Of a stretch of DNA of 64,000 nucleotides, positions 12,601 to 24,651 are shown piece after piece. The stretch comes from Basidiobolus meristosporus CBS 931.73 (taxonomy: Eukaryota > Fungi > Basidiobolomycota): the NCBI GenBank assembly GCA_002104905.1, contig MCFE01000453.1, positions 8,813 to 72,812 of the forward strand. Reading direction: 5' to 3'. The notes under the pieces are model-generated. The model was not told where the DNA came from, did not search any database, and worked only from the letters and a program-made list of their open reading frames with translations. A program made the position numbers and the translations under genes. Positions within the stretch are counted from its first letter, which is position 1; every line of letters begins with the position of its first letter.

Positions 12601-13652
12601 ATGAGTACCATGGCCAACTGGAAAAACGTCAATAACTGGCACTGGACCGAAAAGAACTGTGCTCCCTGGGCCAAAGAATATTTTACCCGTGAGCTTAAGG
12701 GTCTCGAGGCCGAAAGTGACGGCATCACCGTGAAAACCACCGAGGTGACTAAGGTTAGCGGTGATGTCGACCTCAACCAACGCAAGGGCAAGATCATCAC
12801 TCTGTACGATCTCTCAATTTCCCTCAATTGGTCCGGAGCCTCGGAAAACGGCACTGAAGCCACCGGCAAAATCAATATTCCCGAAGTTGCCCATGACTCG
12901 GAGTTGAGCGATTATGTTTTCAACATTTCAATCGACGACGAAACCAAAGAAAAGTGGGCCATTAAGGAGGTGGTCCGTACTCAGTTGACCAAGGTGATCC
13001 GGGATAAGCTTTCCCACTTTACAAAAGATCTGATCGAAGGTTAGTGAGACGCTTCTTGTTTGGGAGCAACCTTTTTGCTAACACCCCACTTTTTGTAGCT
13101 CATGGTAAAGACGTTTATATCGATCCTTCTCAACTTAGAACCCCCTCTCCTGCCCCCGTTAGTCTAAGCATCAGCGAACAGGCTATCAAAGCCTCCAAAG
13201 AGAGCTCAGCCGCTAACAAAGAGCCAGTTGTCAAGAAAGCACCCAAAGTCAACACTACCACCTTGAAGGAAACAATCGAGTTTGTCGCCAGCGCACACGA
13301 GGTGTACGAAACACTGCTTGAGGAACAACGTGTCTCCATCTGGACCCGTGGTCCAGCCAAGATCTCCAAGGAGAAGAACAGCCAATTCGAGCTCTTTGGA
13401 GGAAACATCAGCGGAAAGATCCTTGAAGCAGAGGAAGACAAGAAGATTGTCATGCAGTGGCGCTCGAAGACCTGGCCCGAGAGCCACTATTCGACCGTTA
13501 CCCTGAAGTTCGATGAGGGCACTGACAACGTCAAGATTCATTTGATTCAGGAAGGAGTGCCTCTTGGTGAGGAAGACATTACCAGTGGTAACTGGAAGCA
13601 ATACTACTGGAACCCCATCAAGACTACGTTTGGATTTGGTGCCTTCATTTAA
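12601..13652 (+). CDS. AHA1: Activator of Hsp90 ATPase Aha1; 2 exons (intron about 13041-13098)
   Basis: NWKNVNNWHWTEKNC N-terminal motif, NQRKGKIITLYD, and C-terminal AHSA1/START-like domain (FELFGGNISG, WRSKTWP, NWKQYYWNPIK). Intron GTTAGT..TTGTAG joins IE|AHGKD. Confidence 0.95.
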
Positions 13653-14913
13653 TCGTTCCAGATCGTTGAAACGACATGTAATTCTTTGTAATATTAATAA
13701 AATCCCGCTTTTCTAAAATGAACATGGATTTCGTTCCTAGGGCACGGGCCCGTTTTACCTGGACAGGTGAAGGATGCCAAAAGAATTTCATCAGGAAGCT
13801 CGTTGAACAGAATCGTGACCAGGCACATCTCCTGGCTTGCCACCTGGCAGCGACTGTTTTAAGGTCATGCCTAAGTCCGAGGAAGCATCCGGTTGCATGT
13901 CTCGTTTCATGTAGTGATGTATTGGTTCAGAAGTTTTGCTTGAAAAATCCTTGAATACCGCTATGGCCCAACTATTATTTCGGGAACATGAGTATTTTGG
14001 TGGAGATTTTGGCTTGGTATTGATCACACCATGTTGTCAACTGGTTGTGTTGGCCCACTTCCAGCTAATACACTGTTGTACGAGTCTGTTTTCTCAACAC
14101 TTACAACACAATGCCTCGTCAACACGCAGGATGGCTGTATTCATGATGAAAAGAATGATTCCTGTGTTTGAGCTTGAGTAATAATGACCCACCTGTTAGA
14201 TATCTCCACAAGACAAGTGCTGCAGTTTACAAGAGACCCATGATACAGGTGCAGGATGAGGCAAGAGCTACTCCATCACGTGCTGTGGCTACTACTGCAA
14301 ATGAATATCAGTCAGATTTGGTGTGGTTGAGATCGGGGGCTGAATGAGAGCAATACACAAAAGCATTGCTTCCATGGACGTGTGGTTGGTATGAAAAACC
14401 ACTGATGCGCATGCGATTCAATATGCTTGTGTGTAGAAATTGTAGAGGGTTCTATTTTCAGAGGGTAGCCGTATTTCAAAAAGACTGTTGAACTTATCCC
14501 GGGAAGATAACAAGCCAGATACCCAGATCTTGTGCCGGATGGTGGCCTAGGTGCCAGATACGCACATGCGAGTGCGTTACAGAGTCACAAAATATGAAGC
14601 ATCAAGTTTCATGAGCAGGACTGTAATTCATCACCAGCATACCAACTAACCGGATTCGACTGATGTGTTACCACATAATCTGGGCTTCCATTCAAATTTC
14701 ACGGAATACTACGGGCGACTTTATTAAAAGCATTCTGATTTGGATGAGATACAAAGGTGACAGTGTATACGGAGATTCTATACAACGTGGGGCTTTGAAA
14801 GTGCTGATTGACTGTGCCCTATGAATAGGACAACACACGTTGATTTCCAGATCGCCAGCGACTCCAGCCGGATATCCAGTGAATCGACAAATCTAGCAGT
14901 GGTGGGTGTGTGG

Positions 14914-16161
14914 TTAACTTGCATCTTGGGGGCTGGGAAGCTCCTCAACTGGGTGTTCCTCAACTGGGCTACGATAGCGATAGCGTGGGTGTGGCTTCTT
15001 ACGGTGCATGAACACTTCAAAACCATTCAAAACGCCCCCTAGCTGGATGAATGATGCTGCCAATACATAGACCCAAGCGCGATGGTAATTTTTCAACTGA
15101 AGAATCATATGCACGATTGCAGGGGTAAAGTGAAATACATGAAGAAACAGAGCCATACCCAGATGTTCGGTGTGTTTCTGGTGATGTTGGACGGCTTCCT
15201 GCATTGAGTTTGAACGGTGAACACCAGTCGTGGTGATCGTACGTTTGATGCTCCCTGACTCTTCACTGCGGGTGCTGGAGTGATGCGCATGGGGGCGATA
15301 GACCATATTATACAATACTCCCAGGTAGCATACCAGAACTATGAAGAGGACTGCGTAATGAATGCCCAGGAAAAGCTTCAGGAATACCTTCCCGGAGTCG
15401 GTATGCTCGTTAACCAGACACCAGTACAAGTCTGGACCAAAGCCCTTGGTAATAATCCCGCTGACTGCTATGGCCAAGCAGCTAAGGATGCAGCCAACCC
15501 ATACTTTCCAGTCCCAGCGACCCAGGTACACGTTGATCTTAAGAGCAAGCTGGAAATAGGTTACGACCGCGACTGTCCCGACCACCGTCATCTCTATAAT
15601 AATTCCGAGATAAATAATGCCGCCGATGACTGCGCAGACTCTCTTTGAGGGAAGCTCGTCGAAGTACATCGTGTCCGACACCATGAACAGGGTCACGATG
15701 CCTAGAAAGAGATCGAGCATGGCTATGTAGAAGGGAAAGCGGATCGAGGACGACAAGTGGGGCTTCTTCCGCAGATGAGCGTTCTTGTACTTGATTTCCT
15801 GGTAATCCATGTACGAGGTGTAGATCACGGCGCTTGAGCAGCAGATGTTTAGTGTGGCGGTGATGGTCGTCAGCATATAGAAGAAGATAGAGCCATGGGG
15901 GGCGAAGTCCGAGAAATAATGGTTCTCGTCCTCTGCCTCGCCAGCACCAGCGGCACCGCTCTCGCCAGTTGGGGAAGGATTCTGTTCGCCAGGAGCGCCC
16001 GGGCCCTCTACACCCAAGGCGTGAGGGGAATGGTTGCGTTGAGCGATCTCGGCTGAAGCAGACTCTGGCGCGGCCGCAGTCTCCCCCACCGCTTGTACGG
16101 TCAAAAATATGGGGAAGAGGCACGCAAGAAAACAAAAGAGACCTAATCGCGAGTACTTCAT
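14914..16161 (-). CDS. Putative 7TM G-protein-coupled receptor (Git3/cAMP-receptor-like) with N-terminal signal peptide
   Basis: Signal-like N-terminus and about seven hydrophobic segments. Motifs RFPFYIAMLD, CAVIGG and FGPDLYWCL resemble Git3/CAR-type receptors. Single exon, 415 aa. Confidence 0.65.
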   Translation of the reverse strand: MKYSRLGLFCFLACLFPIFLTVQAVGETAAAPESASAEIAQRNHSPHALGVEGPGAPGEQNPSPTGESGAAGAGEAEDENHYFSDFAPHGSIFFYMLTTITATLNICCSSAVIYTSYMDYQEIKYKNAHLRKKPHLSSSIRFPFYIAMLDLFLGIVTLFMVSDTMYFDELPSKRVCAVIGGIIYLGIIIEMTVVGTVAVVTYFQLALKINVYLGRWDWKVWVGCILSCLAIAVSGIITKGFGPDLYWCLVNEHTDSGKVFLKLFLGIHYAVLFIVLVCYLGVLYNMVYRPHAHHSSTRSEESGSIKRTITTTGVHRSNSMQEAVQHHQKHTEHLGMALFLHVFHFTPAIVHMILQLKNYHRAWVYVLAASFIQLGGVLNGFEVFMHRKKPHPRYRYRSPVEEHPVEELPSPQDAS

Positions 16162-19100
16162 CTCCTCTAGATGTATGCCAGGGAAGACTGTTCAGGAGAG
16201 AAGAGAAAGGTTGAATACAAATATCTAGGCTTTGCCGAGCGAGGCTAAATCCACAGTCGGGCTTTTAATACTTTCCATGGGCAATGATTGGCGATGGCCA
16301 TCAGGCCCAGCTGCTATATTTCTCCTTATTGGCAATGTGATATGAGCTAATGTTCAGAATAGTAGATACGGGCTATTGTTTGTGCTGTGGAAATTGCAAT
16401 AGGAATGGCTCCCCATATGTTTCATTTGGCACTTCGCTTAGATTACCTTATGCCATCCACATATGTCAGCACTGATCTGATACAATCGGTTGAGACGAAT
16501 GGTTACAATCATCCTAGTAAAATAAGCTCCAGGCCAAGACAACAGCTTAATAAAGACCGACTCGGGGGTGTGGTTGTGCATTGGGATCGATTGTTCGTGG
16601 CTACTTCATTACCACTCACATGGGTCTTGGCGGATACGGTTCAGGAACTTCCATGACCTAGATCCAGCCCGCGGGCTGGAAACAACTCTAAGTTAGACCC
16701 TCGGCGAGATCTCTGGTTGATGTTGGCTGCCGATCAAAACCCTAGGTTAATGGAGCCAACGACGAGTCGGCCGCCTCGTTCCATTAATTCGTTCAGGTTA
16801 GGGAGGACTTCATTCCATTGCCATCGGACGCTAGTAGGTTGCTTGGTAGGGGCAGGCCCATCTCTGTCAGATCACTGTGCGCTTACTAATAGCTGAGCCC
16901 ACTGGTGCACCTACAGGCTGCAGCCGGGATGCTTGAGTTGAACTGCCGCTTTGCAGTCACCGTGGTTCAGGACCCAATCGTCTACGAGGAGGCAGATTGA
17001 TCTAAATTTTCTCAGGATCAATTAACATATCTTGCAGGCGATCAAGACCTGCTGTGCACTGGGCCCTGGGCTTGGCCTATGATGGTTGAGAATGAGAGAA
17101 TCAGCAGCCAGCCCCCGTTCAATCCTTGCATGCTTTCTAACTGCCTGTTCCAGATATGACGAGAAACGCCGAATAAGGCAATGAAAAGCAGCTGCCCAGC
17201 CAGGCATACATTGATGCACCATCAATAAGCCTGACACAGTGATAAACGATCAGGCCTAAAGCCAACCGAGATTGCAGTGGCGCCTTGGAAGTGGTGGTGG
17301 ATTAGGCGCTGTTTACACTGCTTTCCATTTAGGTCGATTGCATTGAAGTCTTTTGCAATCATGCTAGTGAAACCTGCTCAGTGGCCCCTATTCCTTAGCC
17401 GACGGCCAGCCTGATTGCTGCATGTACGATGGGGTACGCAGCGCAGACTTTTCCTGTTGATTAGGCTCCGATGTGATGTTGATCCAAGCATCCCAAATCC
17501 CTTCCCTCCGTGGTCAAGAATTAGGGCGTGGATTCGGTTGGTCTAGCAGGCCAGTGTTCTGATGAGGTTGCAGACTGGGTTCTTGTGGATGGACCAAGGA
17601 GGAAACGGACGCGTACTGTGGTTGGAGACACGCTTACCCTATTCCCAAGCTTGCATGGATATTCTTACAAATCAGCATCACGGGGTCGTTCATGCGACCT
17701 GGCCCATTAGGCTTTAATCTATTGGACTTTTTCGGGCGTTGGACGAGGAACCCCCAATTAAATTAAATTGCCTTTTCATCTCATGTCCTGATGGCTGGCC
17801 CATGAAACAATTATGCACATTCGGGCTAGGACGCATTACAATGCATGTGGAGTTTCGCCGGGCTATCAAATCTGAGCATGCTTGGTGGCTTAAACTAGTT
17901 CACCCCATGATGCCGTTTGCACATGTGTTTAAAATCAAGATGTTTACGTATCTGTCTTCACATAAATGTCTTTGCAATGGTGATCTTCAAGCCTCCTTCT
18001 GTGATGGATGGGTTTCGACCGATTTCCAGCTTTTCAGCGTCAATAAGCAGTCAATCCGATCGTACAGCGGCCGTCCAATGGATATTCGAGGCTATCCATA
18101 AGACGCTGTCGACGAGGATGGAGACGTATGACGGACATGGCCATGTTGCAGATGCATCATTCCTCATCAATTGGTATCTACTAGGTGTAAGATGGATTTT
18201 TTTCCAACGTCTTCAAACCCCTTCCTTCGAATATCCCGAAGCCATTATCTCATTTAGGCCTTAGGAGACGAATGAAGGTGCAAAACCACCTTCCTGGACG
18301 ACTCCCCTAGTAGATCGTATGATAGCCCCTGGCATCCGATCATACATGGATCATGGCTATTTGCCAACCACGTGCCAAAAGGTGGAGGCCTCGAATTTCG
18401 CAGGTATGTACCAGGCATTGTACACTCCACTTGCAATCTTTCAGAGGATATTCGCATCCACAAGATTCCGAAACGTCAACTTCCAATCAATTGAATCAGC
18501 AAGCAGTCACAGCCGGTCATCATCCATGCTGGATTTGGCATGGCTTAATCATCAACCGATTGTTTTCGTCTTAGTTCGCAGGTGTGGTTCTTCAGAAGCT
18601 TGCTGTATTCGGCTGTGCCTTGATACGAACGGCCAATTTCACCATTTCATTCTAGACAAATATCCCGCATGTGGGAATCCTCACAACGCCTTACCAAACT
18701 GGCATTTGAGTCACGTTGAACATCCAGGACAAGAGCCCAACCACGTCTGTGCCACTCTTTCATGCTATTGGGAATTCATTCCACAAGTACAGTGTCTAAG
18801 CATTTCATTGGCGTGTTTTAAAGTAGCTCAAGCGTCTTCTACTACCGCTTTAATGCATTCTACTTTGTGCCAGAACACCAATAGACAGATGAAATGTCCA
18901 CAGTCACTCGGAGAGATGCTTCCCATACTTGGAATTTTGCATATTTATTGTATATATATGGCACTCCACATTTTCGGCTGACTCTCCCATTCAATCGCCA
19001 AGTTCTTGGAACCAATCTGCTTTTCACTGGGGACTTTTGAGGGGTGCACGCTTAGCGAATAAGCCATTCAACATTTGACTCCAGTGGTTCATCATACTGG

Positions 19101-19250
19101 GGAACGACTAAATGAAGAATCAAACCAAAAAGCTTGGCCACCAGGGAAATGAGTGGCAAATAATTGGTGGGGCATTCGCCAGTAGTGTGGAGAATGATCC
19201 CTATTGATGTAGGCGACGGTTGCCAAGTTCGTCAGCAGTAGAATTCCTTT

Positions 19251-20870
19251 TTAGCACGGCACTGCTTCGATGATTGATAAGACTGATCTGATCTTCCAGG
19301 CTCTACGAAACTTGAATCCCGAGGATTTCAGTAGAGACGAGAATTCCGTTTCACTGCGCTCTTTCGACCAAAAATACACTGCCATCATGAGATCCAACTG
19401 ATTGGCAAAACGCTCGTTGACATTGGCATCCTTTGACATATTGACATCTGCTATCAACAGAGTCCCATTTGGTGGGATGACTGATCTGATGTTCTTCAGT
19501 ATCTGGGTTACCTCCGAGTCGGCCCAATCGTGAAGAATCCATCTCATGAAGTATACATCCGCACCTGGACAAACTGATTCGAAGAAGTTGCCTATAAATA
19601 GAAAGATTACTGATTGCAGACAATTCACAGTGTCGGTTATCAATACCTGATTGAAATGCAACACGATCCAGCAGCTCGGGATAGTCTATTTTCCATACCT
19701 ACACAAGTCATAATCAGGCTTACGAAGAAGTGAGGAAGGAAAAGAGGGTAGAGCAGGTACTGGTTTCGCCTGTTCAATCGTCGCCGCTCTGTCGAAGAGC
19801 TTCCCCCGAAGCTCAGTGCGGTTTTTGAGAAGGTAGCGCAGAAATCCACCAGTGCCACCACCGATATCCGCAACCGTTTGGCCATTGTGGCGACTCCAGT
19901 CGTAGTCTGAGTGGTGGATGGAATGTTAGCATGGCTGGCCAAGTGATGATCACCAGGTATATCATTAGCAACCTTCAACCAGTCCGAAATTGGTCAGATC
20001 AGACAACCCGATCATGGCATCCGAAAAGACTTTGACCATGTGTCTGTTCTCTGGTTTCTCGTAATGAACCCACATAGAGTCGTCGGTATCGAAATACTCC
20101 GAGAATACTGTCCGTTTTTGATTCGGATCCAGTGCATGATGGAATTTGGTCCACACATTGTAATTCTCGCCAGGCCTAAGTCGATAGTTACTTAAACGTC
20201 AACATTTGGCATGCAACGTGTCTCATAGCTACCAGTATGTCACCCAACCAAGCTGACTTCGCGGATGGTCGGAGCGGAGGAAGTCAGAGGTTCTGTTGTT
20301 GGCATAGATTCTCGATCCCGCTTCGGTCTCTTGGAATAGTCCCAGCCGAATGCTGGTGCGAAGAACTCGCTCTGTGACAGGATCAGTCGGTTAGAAATGT
20401 ATGGATCAGTGACCTTGCTGAGTCATGGTTACATGAGGAGAAATAGTCATGAAGGCTACCAAGGCCAACGAGCCAAAGATCAACTCACCAAGCATATCTG
20501 GCTTAGCATTCACTTTTTGCGCCAATTCGTCCAAGTGCAGCGGGCCATCCTGGAGTGCATCGGCAACTCGATAATTACCCAACTCGGAAACGGCCTTGCT
20601 CTCTATGTAGGATCCGGCAATCTGGGCTATACGTGTGGTCGGAGGCAAGATCCTACTCTGCAGGTGATCCAATGAGCACGACAATTGTTGGGCTGCTTTC
20701 CAAGCTTCCAAGGATAAGTTGGACTGGTCACAGCAAGTGGTGTCAGACTCGGTGTACTGGTCGAGTTCATCCAACTTTTCGGTGACCTGAGCGATCCTCT
20801 TGCTCAGCTCTTCGAAGATCTGTACTAATATGACCGAAGGGTTTATTTCGGGATTAACGGATGGACTCAT
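19251..20870 (-). CDS. SAM-dependent class II O-methyltransferase, copy 1 (6 exons, intact)
   Basis: The spliced product has a dimerisation region (GPLHLDELAQKVNAKPDMLERVLRTSIRLGLFQE), motif I VADIGGGTGG, GNFFESVCPGADVYFMRWILHDW and KERS. A TATA-like TATATAAAA lies about 60 bp upstream. Confidence 0.88.
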
Positions 20871-21199
20871 CTTGGGTGTTTGCTCTGAATTGGAAGCCTT
20901 GCCTTCATCATGGAAACCTGCCGTATTTTATATATACTTCGAGACGAATATCCCCGTCGAAATGCATAGGCAGACGGTAAAAACAGCGGTCAGTTTGTTG
21001 AACTCACTTACGATGTGGTTGCTTCAGGGTATGACTGAAACAAGTTTGGGAGCCGATTATTTCGCGGTACTAAGCATAATGATGTGAATCCCTGCGGGTT
21101 CATAAACTTCTCGTTTCTTAGTTGGCACTCAGGAAAATTCATGTGCATTGCCAACTCTAGAAATTTGCTTTCCCTAGTTGGGAGTCTAGACACAATACA

Positions 21200-21724
21200 T
21201 ATTTGCACGTAGAGTTGGGAATAAAGGCAGGTATTTGGAAATCTTATGAAGCCTTGAGTGTATTTCCTGTTGATGAAATGTTTGCAGATATATTCACAAA
21301 ACCAGTAGCTAGAGATGAATCTGAATATCTTGGATTACAATTAGGCCCAATTAATATGGATATTCAGTTAAATTGGGGTGTTGTAAGTTTTATAATTGCA
21401 CCTAAACACTCACCTAACTTAGTCACTTAGATCATAGCTCACAAGGTTTGGAGAACTCTCTCCAAATTCCCCATTGGGATGTACTTCCAATATCTCATCA
21501 ACATATCTGGTACCCAGAGTATGAAAAATCTCTAAGTTGTCCAAAGAGCCCTAAATCTGCCTACAAGCTATTGGGACCTACCAAAATATATTCTACATGG
21601 CTGTTTTGTCATGACCATGTAAATGCATAAATACCACTTTCATATTCCACAAATCTTAAAGCACAAGTGACAAAACTTACTTGCTCACCCAATCACTGCT
21701 GATGTCTGTAAAACTTGTACAACA
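21200..21724 (+). mobile_element. 3' end of a Ty1/copia element: RNase H tail, polypurine tract and 3' LTR (21379-21724)
   Basis: VDEMFADIFTKPVARDESEYLGLQLG resembles the copia RNase H end; GGGG then TGTTG...CAACA. The LTR is homologous to those at 22125, 40358 and 42008. Confidence 0.7.
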
Positions 21725-22124
21725 AAGATCATATAGTGAGCTCAAGAGTCCCCATTCTTTGCATACCACTGTCTGGGATCTGCATTAAGGCATTATTTCA
21801 AGTTCTTGGTAAATCTTGCTTTAAGTGTACACACCTTATTTAAACTCAAAATGTAAGCAGAAGTCTATTAATCAGCTCTTCTACCAAAAGAAAAATAACA
21901 CACTTGGAGTTTATTTGATAATCTGCCAGCATTCTGCTTGTTTTTTGTTTGAATTTTAGTTGTAACTCCTGGTAGAAGCTGAGGGTAGCTGATTACCAGA
22001 TTGGGTATAAATGGTAGCTAGCTTAGTCTCCTCCTAGAAAGTAAAACTGCTTGTCTGCCAAATAGCTGGTACTTGAGACACTGAGAGTTGTAAGTTTGGA
22101 GAAAATTAGAAATCTACTTATGTT

Positions 22125-22473
22125 TGTTGTAAAAATCTGTAATTCCAACTAAATATTCATCTAACTTGGTCACTTAGACTATTACCTACAAATCTTAGAG
22201 AATACTCAGTAGATTCCTTGTTGAGACCTACTTGGAATAGTTTTACCAAGATATCAGGTACTCATATCATGACAATTCTCAAAGTTGCCCAAGCAGCCCC
22301 AAGCTTTACTAACATGCTCTTGGGATCTTTCTAAACATACTCTGCATGTTTTTTATGCTAGGATCATATAAAAGTTTAAACACTACTTTTACATTCAATA
22401 AATCATTAAATGAAAGCCATATATTCTACTTTTTCTGCCAATCACTTCCAATATCTCCAAGACTCTTACAACA
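22125..22473 (+). mobile_element. Copia-family LTR copy
   Basis: TGTTG...CAACA ends; shares CTAACTT(A/G)GTCACTTAG, CTCAAAGTTG.CCAA and ACTTTTACATTCAATA blocks with the other copies. No matching TSD seen. Confidence 0.7.
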
Positions 22474-23769
22474 TAATCCTCATCATTTTGGGTTTACTAT
22501 CAGTTTCACAGTATTAGAGCTGGAATCAACAAAGGTAGTGGCTGGGAGTATGCTTGCAAAATATATATGCTAGCAGTCAATACACAATATTGAGGATCAT
22601 GGGAAATAATTTGCTAAACTAAAATAGTTGCATGACATTCACTTGTTGCATTGTTGAGCTCAAATAGAGTATATATACTTTTAAGAGAACCTTGCAAGAA
22701 CATTGATCAGAGCTGCTTTAAAAAGGCTACAGGAAGCTGTGTGCAAAGCCTGGAAGATTTCAAGTAAGCTTGAGATTATTGATAGATCATCAACTAGAAC
22801 TTAAGAGAATAATTCATAACTTGGCAATTAGCCAAGTAGAAGCATACAATATGCAAGTGGTTCAGGAGTAAGCAAAATCTTGTTAAAATATTCACATCCT
22901 GATTCAAGCTGTAAACTATGTATTCACATCAACACTTGGCAAACTAGTAATAAGTTATGATTTTGCTAAAAGGTATGTACATAGCACTATTTGAGGAGTA
23001 GCAGAAGCAATATTACTTTAAAAACCTGCATCTTAGCAGCACTATCTAAGCCACTACCAGCAAAAATACTAATGTTGTGAGTCTATGTGAGAGCTGCTAG
23101 AATGTCAGTATATATCTTTAAGCACATAACCACCAGAGAAAGAAACACATACCTACAGGCCATTCTGATGTTAATTTCTCTGTAATCTGATAGTGTCCAC
23201 TACGTATATCCACCTGTAAGTAATTATTTTCATATGAAATGATCACTTGTAAGGCTCACTGCACATTGTGTATATCTACAGTGGTCAAGTTATTTGCAAT
23301 CTGCAGGCAGTGAAGATATTGAAAATCCTTCAAATCAGGAAGAAGGACTACAAGCAATCATAATGCCAATACTAACAGTACTTTGGAATATGGTACTAGC
23401 CTACATCAAGACAGCAGTGTGGCTGTAGCATATAAGGGCCAAAAGGATTGATGTTGTAGACCATTGAAACCAGGTATCCATCCAGAAGAAGGATGAGCAA
23501 ATGATGCATATAAAGCAATATATATGCTAAGTAGAGAGTGAAATACAATTGCAATAATAAAGGGACTTCATTGGCCCATTGCATATCTTTCATAAAGTAA
23601 CTGACTAACTACTTGGAATTATTGCATTGCAAACCAGCAAAAGCTCTTTTGAATAAAGTTGAGATGAGAGTGCAATTCAAAGCTGTAGAAGCTTACTTTA
23701 TGTACTGTCCAATTACTGAAAAGGCTGCAGCATATTAACAATACTGATAGCAAGAGACAAACCTGAATA

Positions 23770-24018
23770 AATGAGATTTATGAAATTTTCACCAAGATAT
23801 TTAGTACACAGAGTAAGAAAATACTTTAGGTTATCCAAAAGCGCCTGAACCTTGCACACATATTCATATAGCCTTCCAAGTGATATTGTCAGTGTCTTCC
23901 TTGCCAAGACTAAACAAGAGTATAAATACCACTTTTACATTCAATATACCAATTGAGTGAGAACTACATAGTTTACTTGTACTGCCAATCACCTCTAATA
24001 AACCAAAGACTCGCAACA
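23770..24018 (+). mobile_element. 5'-truncated copia-family LTR copy (start approximate)
   Basis: Contains TTCACCAAGATAT, AAATACCACTTTTACATTCAATA and ends in CAACA; CpG-containing host-type sequence resumes immediately after it. Confidence 0.55.
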
Positions 24019-24084
24019 GCGGCCCATATAGATTCATTCATACCTCCAACTAAAGGTAACGAATCAGCTATATATCATAATGCC

Positions 24085-24651
24085 ATACAAATGGTAGCGA
24101 GCAAAAAGCATAAGTCAGAAATGAGGATAGCAATTCAATCCCTGATCTGGCCTGCAGGAATACTGCTATGCACCAAAGAGTCCTTGGATTGGTAGGTGGC
24201 TAAATGATAATTAATGGAGCTGAGTTGGTCTGGATTCAGGTCACGGTATCGAATGCTAGCTTTGTGAACATCAATCACAAGTGAATGAACGGAGCCATCG
24301 ATTGGGTGTACAGAGCATGTCATGAGCTCGTTGTCCCGCGTTTCACCGGAGTGAGGAGAAACCCGCATGATTGGTACAAGAAACATTCATGTAGGAAACG
24401 TAGCACAGCGCATGGATGCGAGCAGAGTACTGGCGCACAGTCAGCCAGCCTATGGCCGGTCAAATCAGGTAATGCGCTAACTGTGTCTGGCAAAGTGAAC
24501 ATCCAAGCTATTAAGAGCATAAGAGATACACGCCATCATCACTCGATTGTTGCCAATACAGAGGTTGGATAGCGTTATACGGTTGCCAAAAATGGAACCT
24601 TTATTGTGGTATAGCTTCAATAACTGACAAAGCAGCACGAAGTTTCCAAAC
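24085..24651. repeat. About 570-bp segmental duplicate (OMT2 3' end plus downstream flank); second copy about 29175-29742
   Basis: Long shared runs, e.g. GAGTCCTTGGATTGGTAGGTGGCTAAATGATAATTAATGGAGCTGAG and CGTTATACGGTTGCCAAAAATGGAACCTTTATTGTGGTATAGC, occur at both places. Confidence 0.9.

Noticed and set aside
17739-18981. Overlapping ORFs of 70-220 aa and GT/AG-like signals between the GPCR and OMT1
   Set aside because: I could not assemble a frame-consistent gene or recognise a domain; at most a decayed gene.
19640-19978. Recurrent MKVANDIPGDHH..., MPTSVSISLGEK... and MYGSVTLLS... ORFs
   Set aside because: Alternative-frame or antisense read-through of duplicated OMT exons and introns.
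24135-24386. Kinase-like string IRYRDLNPDQL in the duplicated 570-bp segment
   Set aside because: No other kinase subdomains; the ORF is shared only because the segment is a recent duplicate.
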